From positions 1-61,740 of the forward strand of contig JBGAJQ010000024.1 of assembly GCA_044224875.1 (NCBI GenBank): 61,740 bases of DNA, in the 5' to 3' direction. The DNA comes from Gemmatimonadaceae bacterium. Its GTDB lineage: Bacteria > Gemmatimonadota > Gemmatimonadetes > Gemmatimonadales > Gemmatimonadaceae. The position numbers were made by a program, and so were the translations under genes. Shown here in pieces: positions 9,460 through 19,464 of the stretch. The notes under the pieces were generated by a model. It did no database searches. It saw nothing but the letters and a program-made list of their open reading frames with translations, and was not told the origin of the DNA. Position 1 is the first letter of the stretch; every line of letters starts with the position of its first letter.

Positions 9460-11943
9460 TTGCAGTTGTTGTCACAAGACCCGATCCCGCGTGTTCCTTG
9501 GCGACATCAGCCGAGGTGTATCGTGCTCCGATCGGTCAGTGCCGTCGCCGCGTTCGCAGCCCTCGTTGGCTTCTCCACCAGCCCTTCTCAGCTGCACGGT
9601 CAGCAGCCTGTCATGGCACCAGCGTCCAAGGCGCGCATGACGGGGTCCGTGCGTGACAGCATCACGGGGCGCGGACTCTCGGGCGCTGTGCTCGTGCTCG
9701 ACGAGTCGGTTCGACAGACAGCGACCGACCTGGACGGGCACTTTGCGTTTGTTGCGCTGCCGGGCGGAAGCCATCGACTGAGCGTGCGACGCCTCGGTTA
9801 CGAACCCATATCGCGCGATGTGTTCGTCCCAGACTCGGGCTCCGTGCACGTCGAGTTGGTGCTGTCGCCATCGGCGTTTCAGCTGGCCGCTGTCACCGTG
9901 GTCCCCGGAGCGTTCTCATTCCTCGAGCAGGGGCCCTCCGTTCGCCAAACGATCACGCGCGAACAGATTCAATCGGCGCCGTTCGGCGAGGACTTGTTCC
10001 GGGCCCTCAACCGGCTCCCCGGCCTCTCGTCAGGCGACTATGGTGCGTCGTTCTCCATTCGCGGCGGCCGTCACGACGAAACGCTCATCATGCTGGACGG
10101 CCTCGAGATCTACGAGCCGTATCACTTGAAGGACTTCGCCGAGGGCGCACTGAGCGTGATCGATGTCGAGGCGATCGACGGCGTGGAATTGCTGACTGGT
10201 GGCTTTCCCGCCAAGTACGGCGACAAGCGCAGCGGCGTCATGAACATCACGTCGCGAACACCCAAGGCCGATGGCACGCGGCTCACGCTCGGCGCCAGCC
10301 TGACGAATGCGAACGCGCTCGCCGAGGGAACGTTTGCCGACAAGCGAGGCAGCTGGCTGTTCTCAGCGCGAAGCGGCTACGTGGATGCCCTGCTCCGTCT
10401 CATCAACAAGAAGGAGACGAAGGCCCCCACGTATCAAGACCTGCTCGGCACCGTACACTATGCACTCACGCCGAACAACGCCTTGGCGCTGAACGTGCTG
10501 TACGCACACGACCGTTATCGGTTCAGCATCAACGGGACCACGGGGTTCAGGGACACCATCCCGACCCGGGAGGCCGCCAACAACCAGTATGGCAACGGCT
10601 ACGTGTGGGCCACTCTTCGCTCACAGGCCGGACCGCACCTGACGATTCGATCGCTCGTCTCCGCCGGCCTGGTCACGCAGACGCGCCAGGGCGACGAGCA
10701 CCAATTGAACCTGCCGATCGAGCTGTACGGCGTGAAGGGACACCGGAACTTCTCGGTGTACGGCCTCAAGCAGGACTTCTCGTTTCAGGGCTCCGAACGA
10801 GCGATCCTCGACTGGGGCTACGACCTGCGTCGCATGCACGCGAACTTCGACTGGGAGAACCGGGTGACGAAGGATCCGGATAACCCGACGCCTGACACCA
10901 CCGGCTTCTACCCGCGCATCACGCGCCGCACGAAGGTGACCGATGGAACGACCGCGGGGCTCTATGCCAGTGGCCGGTTTCAGCTGGCGGGACCGTTGGC
11001 GGTGGAAACCGGTCTGCGGTACGACGCAGCAAGCTACACGCATGACCGTGACTGGAGTCCGCGGCTGCACGCCTTGTGGCGCTTGTCCGACCGCAGCATG
11101 CTGCGGGGCGGATGGGGAGTGTATCGGCAACGCCAAGGCATCGCGGACGAGAACGCGTTCGACAAACTCAATCGCTACTTCCCCTCCGAGCTGTCGAAGC
11201 AGTGGACGCTCGGGTTCGAGCATCAGTACACCGGTGGCGGGGCATTCCGCGTGGAAGCCTACACCAAGTCCGGCTCTCGCCTGCGTCCGATCCTGCGCAA
11301 CTGGAAGGGTGGGCTCAACGTGTTCCCCGAGTCCGCCGAGGATCGGATTCTCGTGTATCCCGATGTGTCGAGCAGCAAGGGACTGGAGTTGTATCACGAA
11401 CGACGACTTGGATCCCGAGCCGATCTTCGGATTGGCTATGCCTTGGCAAAGGTGACAGAGCACGTCACGCGCGTAGATAACGTGAACGATCCGTTGAAGC
11501 TGGTTTTCGACTCGACGCACGCCTGGCCGCAGGACCAGCGGCACGCACTTAACCTGGATGTGAGCTATCGCCTGTCGCCCACGTGGAGCGTGACCGGCGC
11601 GCTCACGTACCACACAGGCTGGCCCTACACGCACGAGAGCGGGATCCCGATCGTCCGCCGAAACGGCGCCGCCGACATCGCAATACGGCCCGACTCGCTA
11701 TACGGCGCGCGGTTGCCCTCCTACCAGCGTCTCGATGTGCGCTTCACCCGACGTCGCCAGACGGCAAATGGCGAGTGGCGCTTCTTCTTCGAGGTGATCA
11801 ACCTGACGAACCACGAGAACGTGCTGGGTTACGACGTCTTTTCACAACGCAACCAAGCCGGTGGATTTGCGGTCGTGCGCGACCCCGAGGCGTGGTTCAG
11901 CATCCTACCATCACTCGGGGTGAGCTGGAGCCGCCGGTGGTAG
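9460..11943 (+). CDS. TonB-dependent receptor with N-terminal carboxypeptidase-regulatory-like domain
   Basis: GSVRDSITGRGL; plug FSIRGGRHDETLIMLDGLEIYEPYH, GGFPAKYGDKRSGVMNI; RLPSYQRLD. The start codon is uncertain. Confidence 0.88.
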   Translation: MQLLSQDPIPRVPWRHQPRCIVLRSVSAVAAFAALVGFSTSPSQLHGQQPVMAPASKARMTGSVRDSITGRGLSGAVLVLDESVRQTATDLDGHFAFVALPGGSHRLSVRRLGYEPISRDVFVPDSGSVHVELVLSPSAFQLAAVTVVPGAFSFLEQGPSVRQTITREQIQSAPFGEDLFRALNRLPGLSSGDYGASFSIRGGRHDETLIMLDGLEIYEPYHLKDFAEGALSVIDVEAIDGVELLTGGFPAKYGDKRSGVMNITSRTPKADGTRLTLGASLTNANALAEGTFADKRGSWLFSARSGYVDALLRLINKKETKAPTYQDLLGTVHYALTPNNALALNVLYAHDRYRFSINGTTGFRDTIPTREAANNQYGNGYVWATLRSQAGPHLTIRSLVSAGLVTQTRQGDEHQLNLPIELYGVKGHRNFSVYGLKQDFSFQGSERAILDWGYDLRRMHANFDWENRVTKDPDNPTPDTTGFYPRITRRTKVTDGTTAGLYASGRFQLAGPLAVETGLRYDAASYTHDRDWSPRLHALWRLSDRSMLRGGWGVYRQRQGIADENAFDKLNRYFPSELSKQWTLGFEHQYTGGGAFRVEAYTKSGSRLRPILRNWKGGLNVFPESAEDRILVYPDVSSSKGLELYHERRLGSRADLRIGYALAKVTEHVTRVDNVNDPLKLVFDSTHAWPQDQRHALNLDVSYRLSPTWSVTGALTYHTGWPYTHESGIPIVRRNGAADIAIRPDSLYGARLPSYQRLDVRFTRRRQTANGEWRFFFEVINLTNHENVLGYDVFSQRNQAGGFAVVRDPEAWFSILPSLGVSWSRRW

Positions 11944-11955
11944 GCACTGCGGCGG

Positions 11956-13731
11956 TCACACCCCCATCGCCTTCCCCGCCCGCCGCGGGTCCGTCGATGC
12001 CGACAACAACCCAGTCGCCGGATCCCGCCACGCCTGCTGGAATGACCCCATGTGGAAGTCATACGGCGGCAGCGGCTTCAACTTCGCCCCCAGCTTCACC
12101 AGGTCCCTGAGCACACGCTCCGGAATCCGATTCTCGATCTCCACCGTGTAGTCGTCCCGCATCGGCAACATCCGCGGCAACACCGTCGCGTCGTACGGGT
12201 CCTTCATGAAGTCGAGTACCGTCACCAGCATCTGCGGCATGGTGCAGTGCACATTTCCCGGCGTACCCATGGACAACATGGGCTTCCCATCCTTGAGCAC
12301 GAGGGTGCTGCCCATCACCGACCGCATCCGCAGCTTGGGCACGCCTAACCAGCCGGCAATGGCGGCCCCCATGCTGAACTGCACGTGGCTCCCGATCATT
12401 GGCACGCCGTCACACACCATCCCGGGGATGCCGCCCGACTGCAACGTGTCCATCATCTGCACCCAGTTCCCATCCTTGTCCACGCAGGCCAGCTCGCAGC
12501 TGCCGGAGGGCGGCTTAGGCTTAGGGTTCGGGCCCTCGGTTGCCCAGCCAAAGGCCTGCAGCTGCGCCTTGGCCGTCGTCAGCTCAACATGCTTCGTCAG
12601 GTCTACGCCGGCCTTGGGCCGCGATGCCCGCAGGATGGTCGCCAGACTGCGATGGAACTCATCGCTCCCCCACACCTCCGTGGGCACGCCAAAATGCTCG
12701 GGGTCGTTCAGCAACCCCAGCTCAAACTCCGCTCGGCGGAGCGCCTGGCCCATGTAGTACAAGCTGTCGGCGGACTCACTCCAGTGCCCCATGGACGCCA
12801 CGTCCAGGTGCTTGAGGATCCCCAGCACCAGATGACAGAACACCCCCTGTCGCTCGGGGGGCGCGGGTTGCACAATCTCGTAACCGTTGTAGCTGAAACG
12901 GTACGGATCCACCCAGCGCGGCGGGTTCTCGCTCAGCTGTTCGATGGTGATCTTCCACCCGAGGTCGTTCGCCAGCTGCACGAAGTGCTGCGCCCACTCC
13001 CCGGTGATGAAGTAGCCCGGCCCCTCATCGGCCAACCGTCGCAGCGTCTTGGCCAGCGCCGGATTCCGCAGCTTCTCCCCGATGGACGGCGTGAAGCCAT
13101 TCGGCGCAAAGAGTGCGCGCATCGCCGGGAAGTACGTGCCGCCGTCCAGCTCAAACTCCATGACCGAGCGCTGGAACTCATCGATAGGAAAACCGTCCTC
13201 TGCCCACGGGATCGCCGGCTCAACGAGTGACTTCCACGGCTTGCTCCCGAAGCGGCGGTGCATCTCGCTGACCCCAGGCATGAACCCGGGAAGGCACGCC
13301 GCCGGCGGTCCCACCGCGACGCCTCCGAGTCCGGGCGGGTAGGTCGTGAACAGCGGCAGGTTCGCCGGCATCGTCCCCATGCTGTTCAGGTAGTACGACT
13401 TCCCCGTCTTGGCATCCCAATAGAGGAACGACACCGTGCCGGTGTGGTTCGTCATCTCGATCTGCACGGTGGCCTGGGTGATCGCTCCCGCCACGCACGC
13501 GTCCACGGCGTTTCCCCCGGCATTCATCACGTCGATCATCGTCTGCGTGACGATCGGGCTCTGGCTGCTGGCCACGGCCCGTTTCCCACGCACGACCTCC
13601 TTGGGCCCCTGCCGCGACATGGGGATCTCGCGGCCCTGCGCGGTTGCGTCTGACGGGGCGAGCCCTTCACCAAGAGTGGCGGCGGCAACGGTGGCGCCCG
13701 CCTGCCTGAGAAACTCGCGTCGTTCGGTCAT
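11956..13731 (-). CDS. ggt: Tat-exported gamma-glutamyltransferase-family Ntn hydrolase (atypical nucleophile)
   Basis: ERREFL Tat motif; GGNAVDA, PG...MHRRFGSKPW..LVEPAI..AEDGF, NPALAKTL, GTPG and STDPRRAGKA family motifs. Confidence 0.85.
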   Translation of the reverse strand: MTERREFLRQAGATVAAATLGEGLAPSDATAQGREIPMSRQGPKEVVRGKRAVASSQSPIVTQTMIDVMNAGGNAVDACVAGAITQATVQIEMTNHTGTVSFLYWDAKTGKSYYLNSMGTMPANLPLFTTYPPGLGGVAVGPPAACLPGFMPGVSEMHRRFGSKPWKSLVEPAIPWAEDGFPIDEFQRSVMEFELDGGTYFPAMRALFAPNGFTPSIGEKLRNPALAKTLRRLADEGPGYFITGEWAQHFVQLANDLGWKITIEQLSENPPRWVDPYRFSYNGYEIVQPAPPERQGVFCHLVLGILKHLDVASMGHWSESADSLYYMGQALRRAEFELGLLNDPEHFGVPTEVWGSDEFHRSLATILRASRPKAGVDLTKHVELTTAKAQLQAFGWATEGPNPKPKPPSGSCELACVDKDGNWVQMMDTLQSGGIPGMVCDGVPMIGSHVQFSMGAAIAGWLGVPKLRMRSVMGSTLVLKDGKPMLSMGTPGNVHCTMPQMLVTVLDFMKDPYDATVLPRMLPMRDDYTVEIENRIPERVLRDLVKLGAKLKPLPPYDFHMGSFQQAWRDPATGLLSASTDPRRAGKAMGV

Positions 13732-14275
13732 GGGTCGGGGCAGTGGAAGATCGGTTGGACGTTCAGGGGGTGTCTACGAGTCGAACGGCGGGTGAGTGTT
13801 TCGGACCAGCGCTGCAACGTCGAAGTTTGATTGCGAGTGATCACCAAACGAGCGCAACAACTCGCGGCATCGAAGAGACGGACACGTTAGGCGTCACTTT
13901 GCCGTACATAGCCGTTCCGGTGCTTGTACGTGCACACGATGTTCTCGCGCTTTGCCATGGCCGTCACACAAAGAGAAGGAGACCCCGTCGTCGGCACAGG
14001 TGCCGGTGTACTCCCCCTCTTGTTGACCGCGCAAACCACCAAGGAACACGTATTGACGCACTGCATGGGGTCCAGAGCGTTCAGCTTGAGCGCGCTTGAC
14101 AATGACATCTGGCGCTGCAATAGTGGCCATCGCTCGCGAGCAGAAGAGAGGCTAGGGTACTGAGCGAAAGGGCTGATGCGATGTCTTGTACGCGAAACCG
14201 CGGCCCTCGAAGTGAACGATTGCTGAGCCGCTTCAGTGCTAGGTCATTTTCCTCTGGCTCCGCTCCAGTCGCGAT

Positions 14276-15244
14276 ATGGCGACATTGACGCGAATATCGC
14301 GATCAAGAAGTGAAAGTGAAAGATGGTGTTCGAACGCCGAGGGCCCGCGTAACTCCGCTAGCGCAAGACTCGCCAAGTTTGGCCACCGTTTCCAGACCGA
14401 GACTCAGCTCAATGAGCGACAGGTAGTGCGTCAGGCCTCGCGGCTGGATGGAAAGGCGAGAAGGCGCGCGCTTAGGGTCGCCGCCTTGTTTCTCATCGCA
14501 GCAACCCACCGCGTGCCTGCTCAGGATACCACGCGGATTCTGCGAGGAGTCGTGGTGGGCGATTCCCTCGGGTCTCCTGTTCCAGGTGCCGAGGTGATCG
14601 TCCTCGAACGCGGAATCGCGGTCTCTTCCACAACGACGGGTGAGTTTGAGCTGACGGGTGTACGTGTTGGTGTCATCCATGTGCGCGTACGTCATCCGCG
14701 TTTCCAAGCATGGTCCGACTCCCTGACGATCGTCAAAGACACTACGCTCCGAATTCGGTTGCTGCCAACCGCACAGCCTCTTCCTGGTGTGCGCGTCAGT
14801 GGAGCTGCCGAGCGCCTGGCTAGCCCACTGCTTGCAGACTTCCGGCGGCGGCGGGAATCTGCGAACGGTCGTTTCCTAACGGCAGACGAGCTGGAGAAGA
14901 TTGGCGCACAGAGTCTTGCGAACGTGGTTCGGGGCCATATCGGAGGGTTTGATCTTGTGCGCCATCCGTCAGGCATCGGAACCGCATTCGCGTCTCGCCG
15001 AGCCGCAGCCCCGCGATCCATCCTGCGACAAGGGCCGAACGAGTGCTACTCGAATATTTGGGTGAACGGCCAGCTCATTTACTACGTAAGTCCGGTGCGC
15101 CAGGACCCGCCACGCGTTGAGGACTTTGAGATTCACAGTATCACTGCCCTTGAGTTCTATCGGAGTGCGAGCGAGACACCAATTGAGTTGAATGTCATGA
15201 GTGCGGCCTGCGGCACCGTGGTCATCTGGACCGAGATCAAATGA
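14276..15244 (+). CDS. Carboxypeptidase-regulatory-like + TonB plug-domain protein with no barrel
   Basis: LRGVVVGDSLGSPVPGAEV; FRRRRESANGRFLTADEL; C..IWVNG...LEFYRSASETP...CGTVVIWT. The true start is probably downstream of 14276. Confidence 0.7.
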   Translation: MATLTRISRSRSESERWCSNAEGPRNSASARLAKFGHRFQTETQLNERQVVRQASRLDGKARRRALRVAALFLIAATHRVPAQDTTRILRGVVVGDSLGSPVPGAEVIVLERGIAVSSTTTGEFELTGVRVGVIHVRVRHPRFQAWSDSLTIVKDTTLRIRLLPTAQPLPGVRVSGAAERLASPLLADFRRRRESANGRFLTADELEKIGAQSLANVVRGHIGGFDLVRHPSGIGTAFASRRAAAPRSILRQGPNECYSNIWVNGQLIYYVSPVRQDPPRVEDFEIHSITALEFYRSASETPIELNVMSAACGTVVIWTEIK

Positions 15245-15380
15245 CACGGTGAGGCTTTGTCCGCGTGACGGAGACGGAGAATTGTGCTAGTGTGCTGGTT
15301 GGTAACCTCGCCGGCACGAGCATCCATCGCCATGCGGTAAGACCCTTCGGTGACCGGACGACGAGTACGGCATCGCGCCC

Positions 15381-16460
15381 CTACGCGTCACTCGGCATGC
15401 GCGGCCGCTCGTCCTTCTTGTAGAGATACACCGTGTTCTCCAGTCGCGGCCCCTTCTCATCGCACACCGCGAAGTTGAACCCCTCGTACGCGCTGGCGCC
15501 CGCGTACTCCCCCTTCTTGTTGAGCGCGTAGAACACCAGGTCGAAGTACGGTCGGCCGTTGGCATCCAGCAATCGCTTCTCCGTATGCTCGATCACCCGC
15601 TTGATCACCAGCATCAACGCCTCCTCCGGCGACTTGCCCTGACGCATGTACTCCACGGCCAGGAACGCCCCGCACACCATGATGTTCGACTCACCACGCC
15701 CGGTGCTCCCGGCAGCTCCAACGTCATTGTCCGTGTACTCCCCGGCCCCGACGATCGGCGAATCCCCCACTCGGCCGGGCACCTTCCACGCAATGCCACT
15801 CGTCGTCGTCACCGAGCTGATGTCGCCAGCAGCGTTGATGGCATTCATGTTGATGGTGCCGGTAGTGAACTTGATCTTCACGTCGTCGTCATGGTCCAGC
15901 CAGTTGTCGTTCTTGTTCTGGCGGGACTTCCACCGCAACCAGTCCTGACGACTCTTCTCCGTCAGCAGGTTCTGCGGCTTGAACCCCATGTCGATGGCGA
16001 ACTTCCTCGCATCCTGCCCCACCAGCATGATGTGGTTGGTGTAGTCCATCACCGCCTTGGCCACCAGCGACGGAGTGGCGATGTCTTCCAGACATCCGAC
16101 GGCACCCGCCCGCTTGGTGGGGCCGTGCATGCACGAGGCGTCCAGCTGCACTACGCCATTCTCGTTAGGTAAGCCCCCCAGCCCCACCGATTGATCGTCG
16201 GGGTCCAGTTCCTGGATGTTCACGCCGGCCATGATCGCGTCGAGCGTGTCACTCCCCTGCTGGATCATGTCATACGCCCGCTTCACGCCACGAATGCCGT
16301 TGGCCGACGAGATGACCACGGTTCGGCCGGCACCCGCCGCCGGCGCGGACGCGGCCGTCGGCAGCACGGTCGCGGCCTCCGCGGAGTGCGCCCCACCCAC
16401 GGCAAGGCCAGCGGCGGCGGTGGCACCAGTGGCGATGAAATCACGACGGGTTATCGACAT
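15381..16460 (-). CDS. N(4)-(beta-N-acetylglucosaminyl)-L-asparaginase / isoaspartyl peptidase (Ntn hydrolase), Tat-exported
   Basis: TRRDFI Tat motif; SVGLGGLPNENGVVQLDAS; GTINM; TTTSGIAWKVPGRVGDSPIVGAG; STGRGE. Confidence 0.9.
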   Translation of the reverse strand: MSITRRDFIATGATAAAGLAVGGAHSAEAATVLPTAASAPAAGAGRTVVISSANGIRGVKRAYDMIQQGSDTLDAIMAGVNIQELDPDDQSVGLGGLPNENGVVQLDASCMHGPTKRAGAVGCLEDIATPSLVAKAVMDYTNHIMLVGQDARKFAIDMGFKPQNLLTEKSRQDWLRWKSRQNKNDNWLDHDDDVKIKFTTGTINMNAINAAGDISSVTTTSGIAWKVPGRVGDSPIVGAGEYTDNDVGAAGSTGRGESNIMVCGAFLAVEYMRQGKSPEEALMLVIKRVIEHTEKRLLDANGRPYFDLVFYALNKKGEYAGASAYEGFNFAVCDEKGPRLENTVYLYKKDERPRMPSDA

Positions 16461-16722
16461 GGAAAGCGGGGTTGGAGGGAGAGGACGAGCGCGCGCGCTA
16501 GTTTGCGTCGCATTCTCGTCCTAGGGCAACCCCGCCGACGATGTGGCGAGGCCACGAGTCGTCCTCATCGTGGTCGGATCGCCAGCCCGGTCGCACATCG
16601 TCCACGGGCGCGTGGTTGTGGGGACTCGGCGTTCCATGTGTCAAACCTTTCTGTAGGCCGCTGCCGGTCGCTCGTGGCCTCGCCCAGCCACCCGTCCCAT
16701 CCCCTCGACGCTTCACCGCCTC

Positions 16723-19274
16723 ATGCGTTTTCGTTCACTCGCTGCCTGTTTGATCTTCCTCGCCGAGCGCGCCGCTGCACAAACGCCGGCCGCCGCACCG
16801 GCGATTGAACGCCCCTGCCGGTCTCGAATGCCGTCCGCGCCAGCGGCCCAATCCACATCGACGGAAAACTGGACGACGCCGCCTGGCAAAACGCGCCGGT
16901 GACCAGCGCCTTCACGCAAGTCGACCCGGACGAGGGACGCCCGGCATCCCAGAAGACCGAGGTCCGCGTCCTCTACGACGACGAGAACCTCTACGTCGGT
17001 GTTCTGGACATGACGATCGACAGGTCATCGGCCGATTGGGTCGCCGGCGACATGGACCTGGGCGACTCCGATTGGTTTGGCGTCATGCTCGACAGCTACC
17101 ACGACCACCGCACGGCCTTCGGCTTCGACGTCAACCCACTCGGCGTTAGGCGGGATGAGGTCAAGATCATCAATGCCGACGACAACTCGTGGGACCCGGT
17201 GTGGGAGGTCGCCACCACCGTTGATGCTGGCGGCTGGACCGCCGAGTATCGGATTCCGTTCAGTCAGCTGCGCTTTTCGGGAAGCACGGAGCAGACGTGG
17301 GGCGTGCTGTTCGAGCGGGTGATCGGCCGCCGGCATGAGTATGCCACCTCCACGCCGATGCCCAAGGCCGAAGTCGGTGGCGTGCCCAAGTACGGACACC
17401 TGGAAGGGCTGCGCGACCTCAAGGCCGGCAAGCGCGTGGAACTCCTTCCATATGTAGTGCAACGCGGCGCGTATGTGGATCCCGGGCTCAACCCATTCAG
17501 GAAGAACCCCGACTTCACCACCACCGGCGGCCTGGACGCGGTGCTCAAGGTGTCGTCCAACCTCACGCTCAACGCCGCCTTCAACCCGGACTTCGGACAA
17601 GTGGAGGTGGATCCCGCCGTCGTGAACCTGGGCGTGTACGAGACCTTCTTCGAGGAGAAGCGCCCCCTCTTCATTGAAGGGAGCGACATCTTCGACTTTG
17701 GCGCCAACAGCACGAGCGGCGGCCAGCTGTTCTACTCGCGACGCATCGGGCGCGCCCCCACGCTGCGCGCGCCATCGCAAGCCAGCGACCTGCCCGACGC
17801 CACCACGATCCTCGGCTCCGGTAAGCTGTCCGGCAAGGTCGGCAAGTGGTCCGTGGGCGTGCTGGAAGCCGTCACGGCCAGGGAGACGTCGCGCTACCTC
17901 ACCAGCTCAAACAACAGGGACGACTTTGTCGTGGAGCCACTGTCGAACTACTTCGTGGCCCGCGCCCGGCGCGAGGTGCGAGGGGGGCAAACATTCGTCG
18001 GCGGCATCTTGACGGGCGTGCACCGCGATCTCTCCACTCCAGAGTTGGAGGCGGCACTGCACAAGGCCGCGTACTCCGGTGGGCTGGACTTCCGCCACGA
18101 GTGGGGCAAGCGCACGTGGGTGGCCTTTGGCGACGTCGAGTTCAGCCGAGTGGAGGGTTCGACGAGTGCGATCATCGCGACGCAGCGACGGTCCAATCAT
18201 TTCTTCCAGCGTCCCGACGCCACGCACCTGGAGGTCGACTCCAACGCCACGTCGTTGAACGGCTATTCGATGAACCTGGCGGTGAGTCGTCAGGCAGGCA
18301 CGCATTGGCGTGGTCAAGTGGGTGGCGCGCTCACCAGCACCGCCTACGAAGTCAACGACCTCGGCTTCGCCGTACGCACGGACCGCAAGGACGCGCAGGC
18401 CAGTCTCACGTACGTCGAGAATCGGCCGGGACCGTTCCTTCGTCGTTGGTCGCTACAAGGCGTTGGTCGGTCGGAGCACAACTACGCCTGGCAGCCGATT
18501 CTGACGTTTGGAGGCGGTCGCCTGACCGCCACCACGCTGAACTACTGGAACGTGACCGCGCAGGCGCAACGATACTTTCAGGCGCGCGACGATCGGCTGA
18601 CCCGCGGCGGTCCGTTGGCGATCCGACCCGCGTGGTGGCAATACCTGCTGGTCGTGAACTCGGATGTGCGTAAACCCGTGACCACGAGCACGATTCTGCA
18701 ATCGAACGACTACGAGTTCGGCGGTTGGAGCTGGACGGCCTCCTCGGCGATCGGCATCAAGACGTCGTCGCGCTGGAACCTGTCGGTGGGTCCCACCGTG
18801 GGGAAGTTGTACACGCCGGCGCAATTCGTGACGTCGGTGGTGAACACGGCCAACACGGCGACGTATGGTCGCGACTATGTCTTTGCACCGTTGCACCAGA
18901 CGAGCGTGTCGCTGGAAACCAGGTTCAACGCGACCTTCACGCCGAATCTGTCGTTGGAGACGTATGTACAGCCCCTGCTGTCCAGCCAGGACTATGGCGA
19001 CGCCAAGAAGTTCGTGGCGCCGCAGACCTATCAGTTCACGCCGTTCGTGGGCCAGGTGCCCGACCTCGACTTCAATCTGCGTTCGCTGCGCGGCAACGCG
19101 GTGCTGCGTTGGGAGTGGCGTCAGGGGTCAACGATCTATGTGGCCTGGCAGCAGAGCCGGTCGGACCTGGCGCCGTTGGGCGATTTCGACTTCGGCCGCG
19201 ATCGCATGGCACTGTTCCGAACTCGCCCAGACAACATTTTCGTCGTGAAAATGAACTTCTGGGTGAATCCTTAA
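16723..19274 (+). CDS. DUF5916 / CBM9-like domain outer-membrane protein (frameshift near 16815-16830)
   Basis: The signal peptide MRFRSLAACLIFLAERAAAQ starts at ATG 16723, in a different frame from IHIDGKLDDAAW. Family motifs: WTAEYRIPFSQLRF, NPDFGQVEVD, FFEEKRPLFIEG, LFYSRRIG, NAVLRWEW. Confidence 0.8.
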
Positions 19275-19310
19275 GCCGGCGGGCGGATGAATCTCTGGGT
19301 GAACCCCTAG
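19251..19310 (+). repeat. Tandem duplicate of the last 8 codons of the DUF5916 gene
   Basis: atgaacttctgggtgaatccttaa (19251-19274, MNFWVNP*) and atgaatctctgggtgaacccctag (19287-19310, MNLWVNP*). Confidence 0.8.
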
Positions 19311-19464
19311 GTCGGCGACGGCGGCGTCCGACCGCACAAGGCGTCGAGGTGGGGTACCCAGATTCGTGGCTCATCGCCCCATGACACGTTGACGTGTATG
19401 TTGTCCTGGCTCGCTTGACCGGTGGAGCGTCGTTGCCGCGAACCACACTCGGGGGATTCCGACC

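Noticed and set aside
13800..13892. GCCTAAC/GTTAGGC as integron attC core sites (also at 30205 and 5782)
   Set aside because: The motif matches GTTRRRY, but the copies are unpaired and mostly inside genes. No proper R''-L''-L'-R' arrangement or IntI gene is visible. It is treated as an iterated genomic motif instead.
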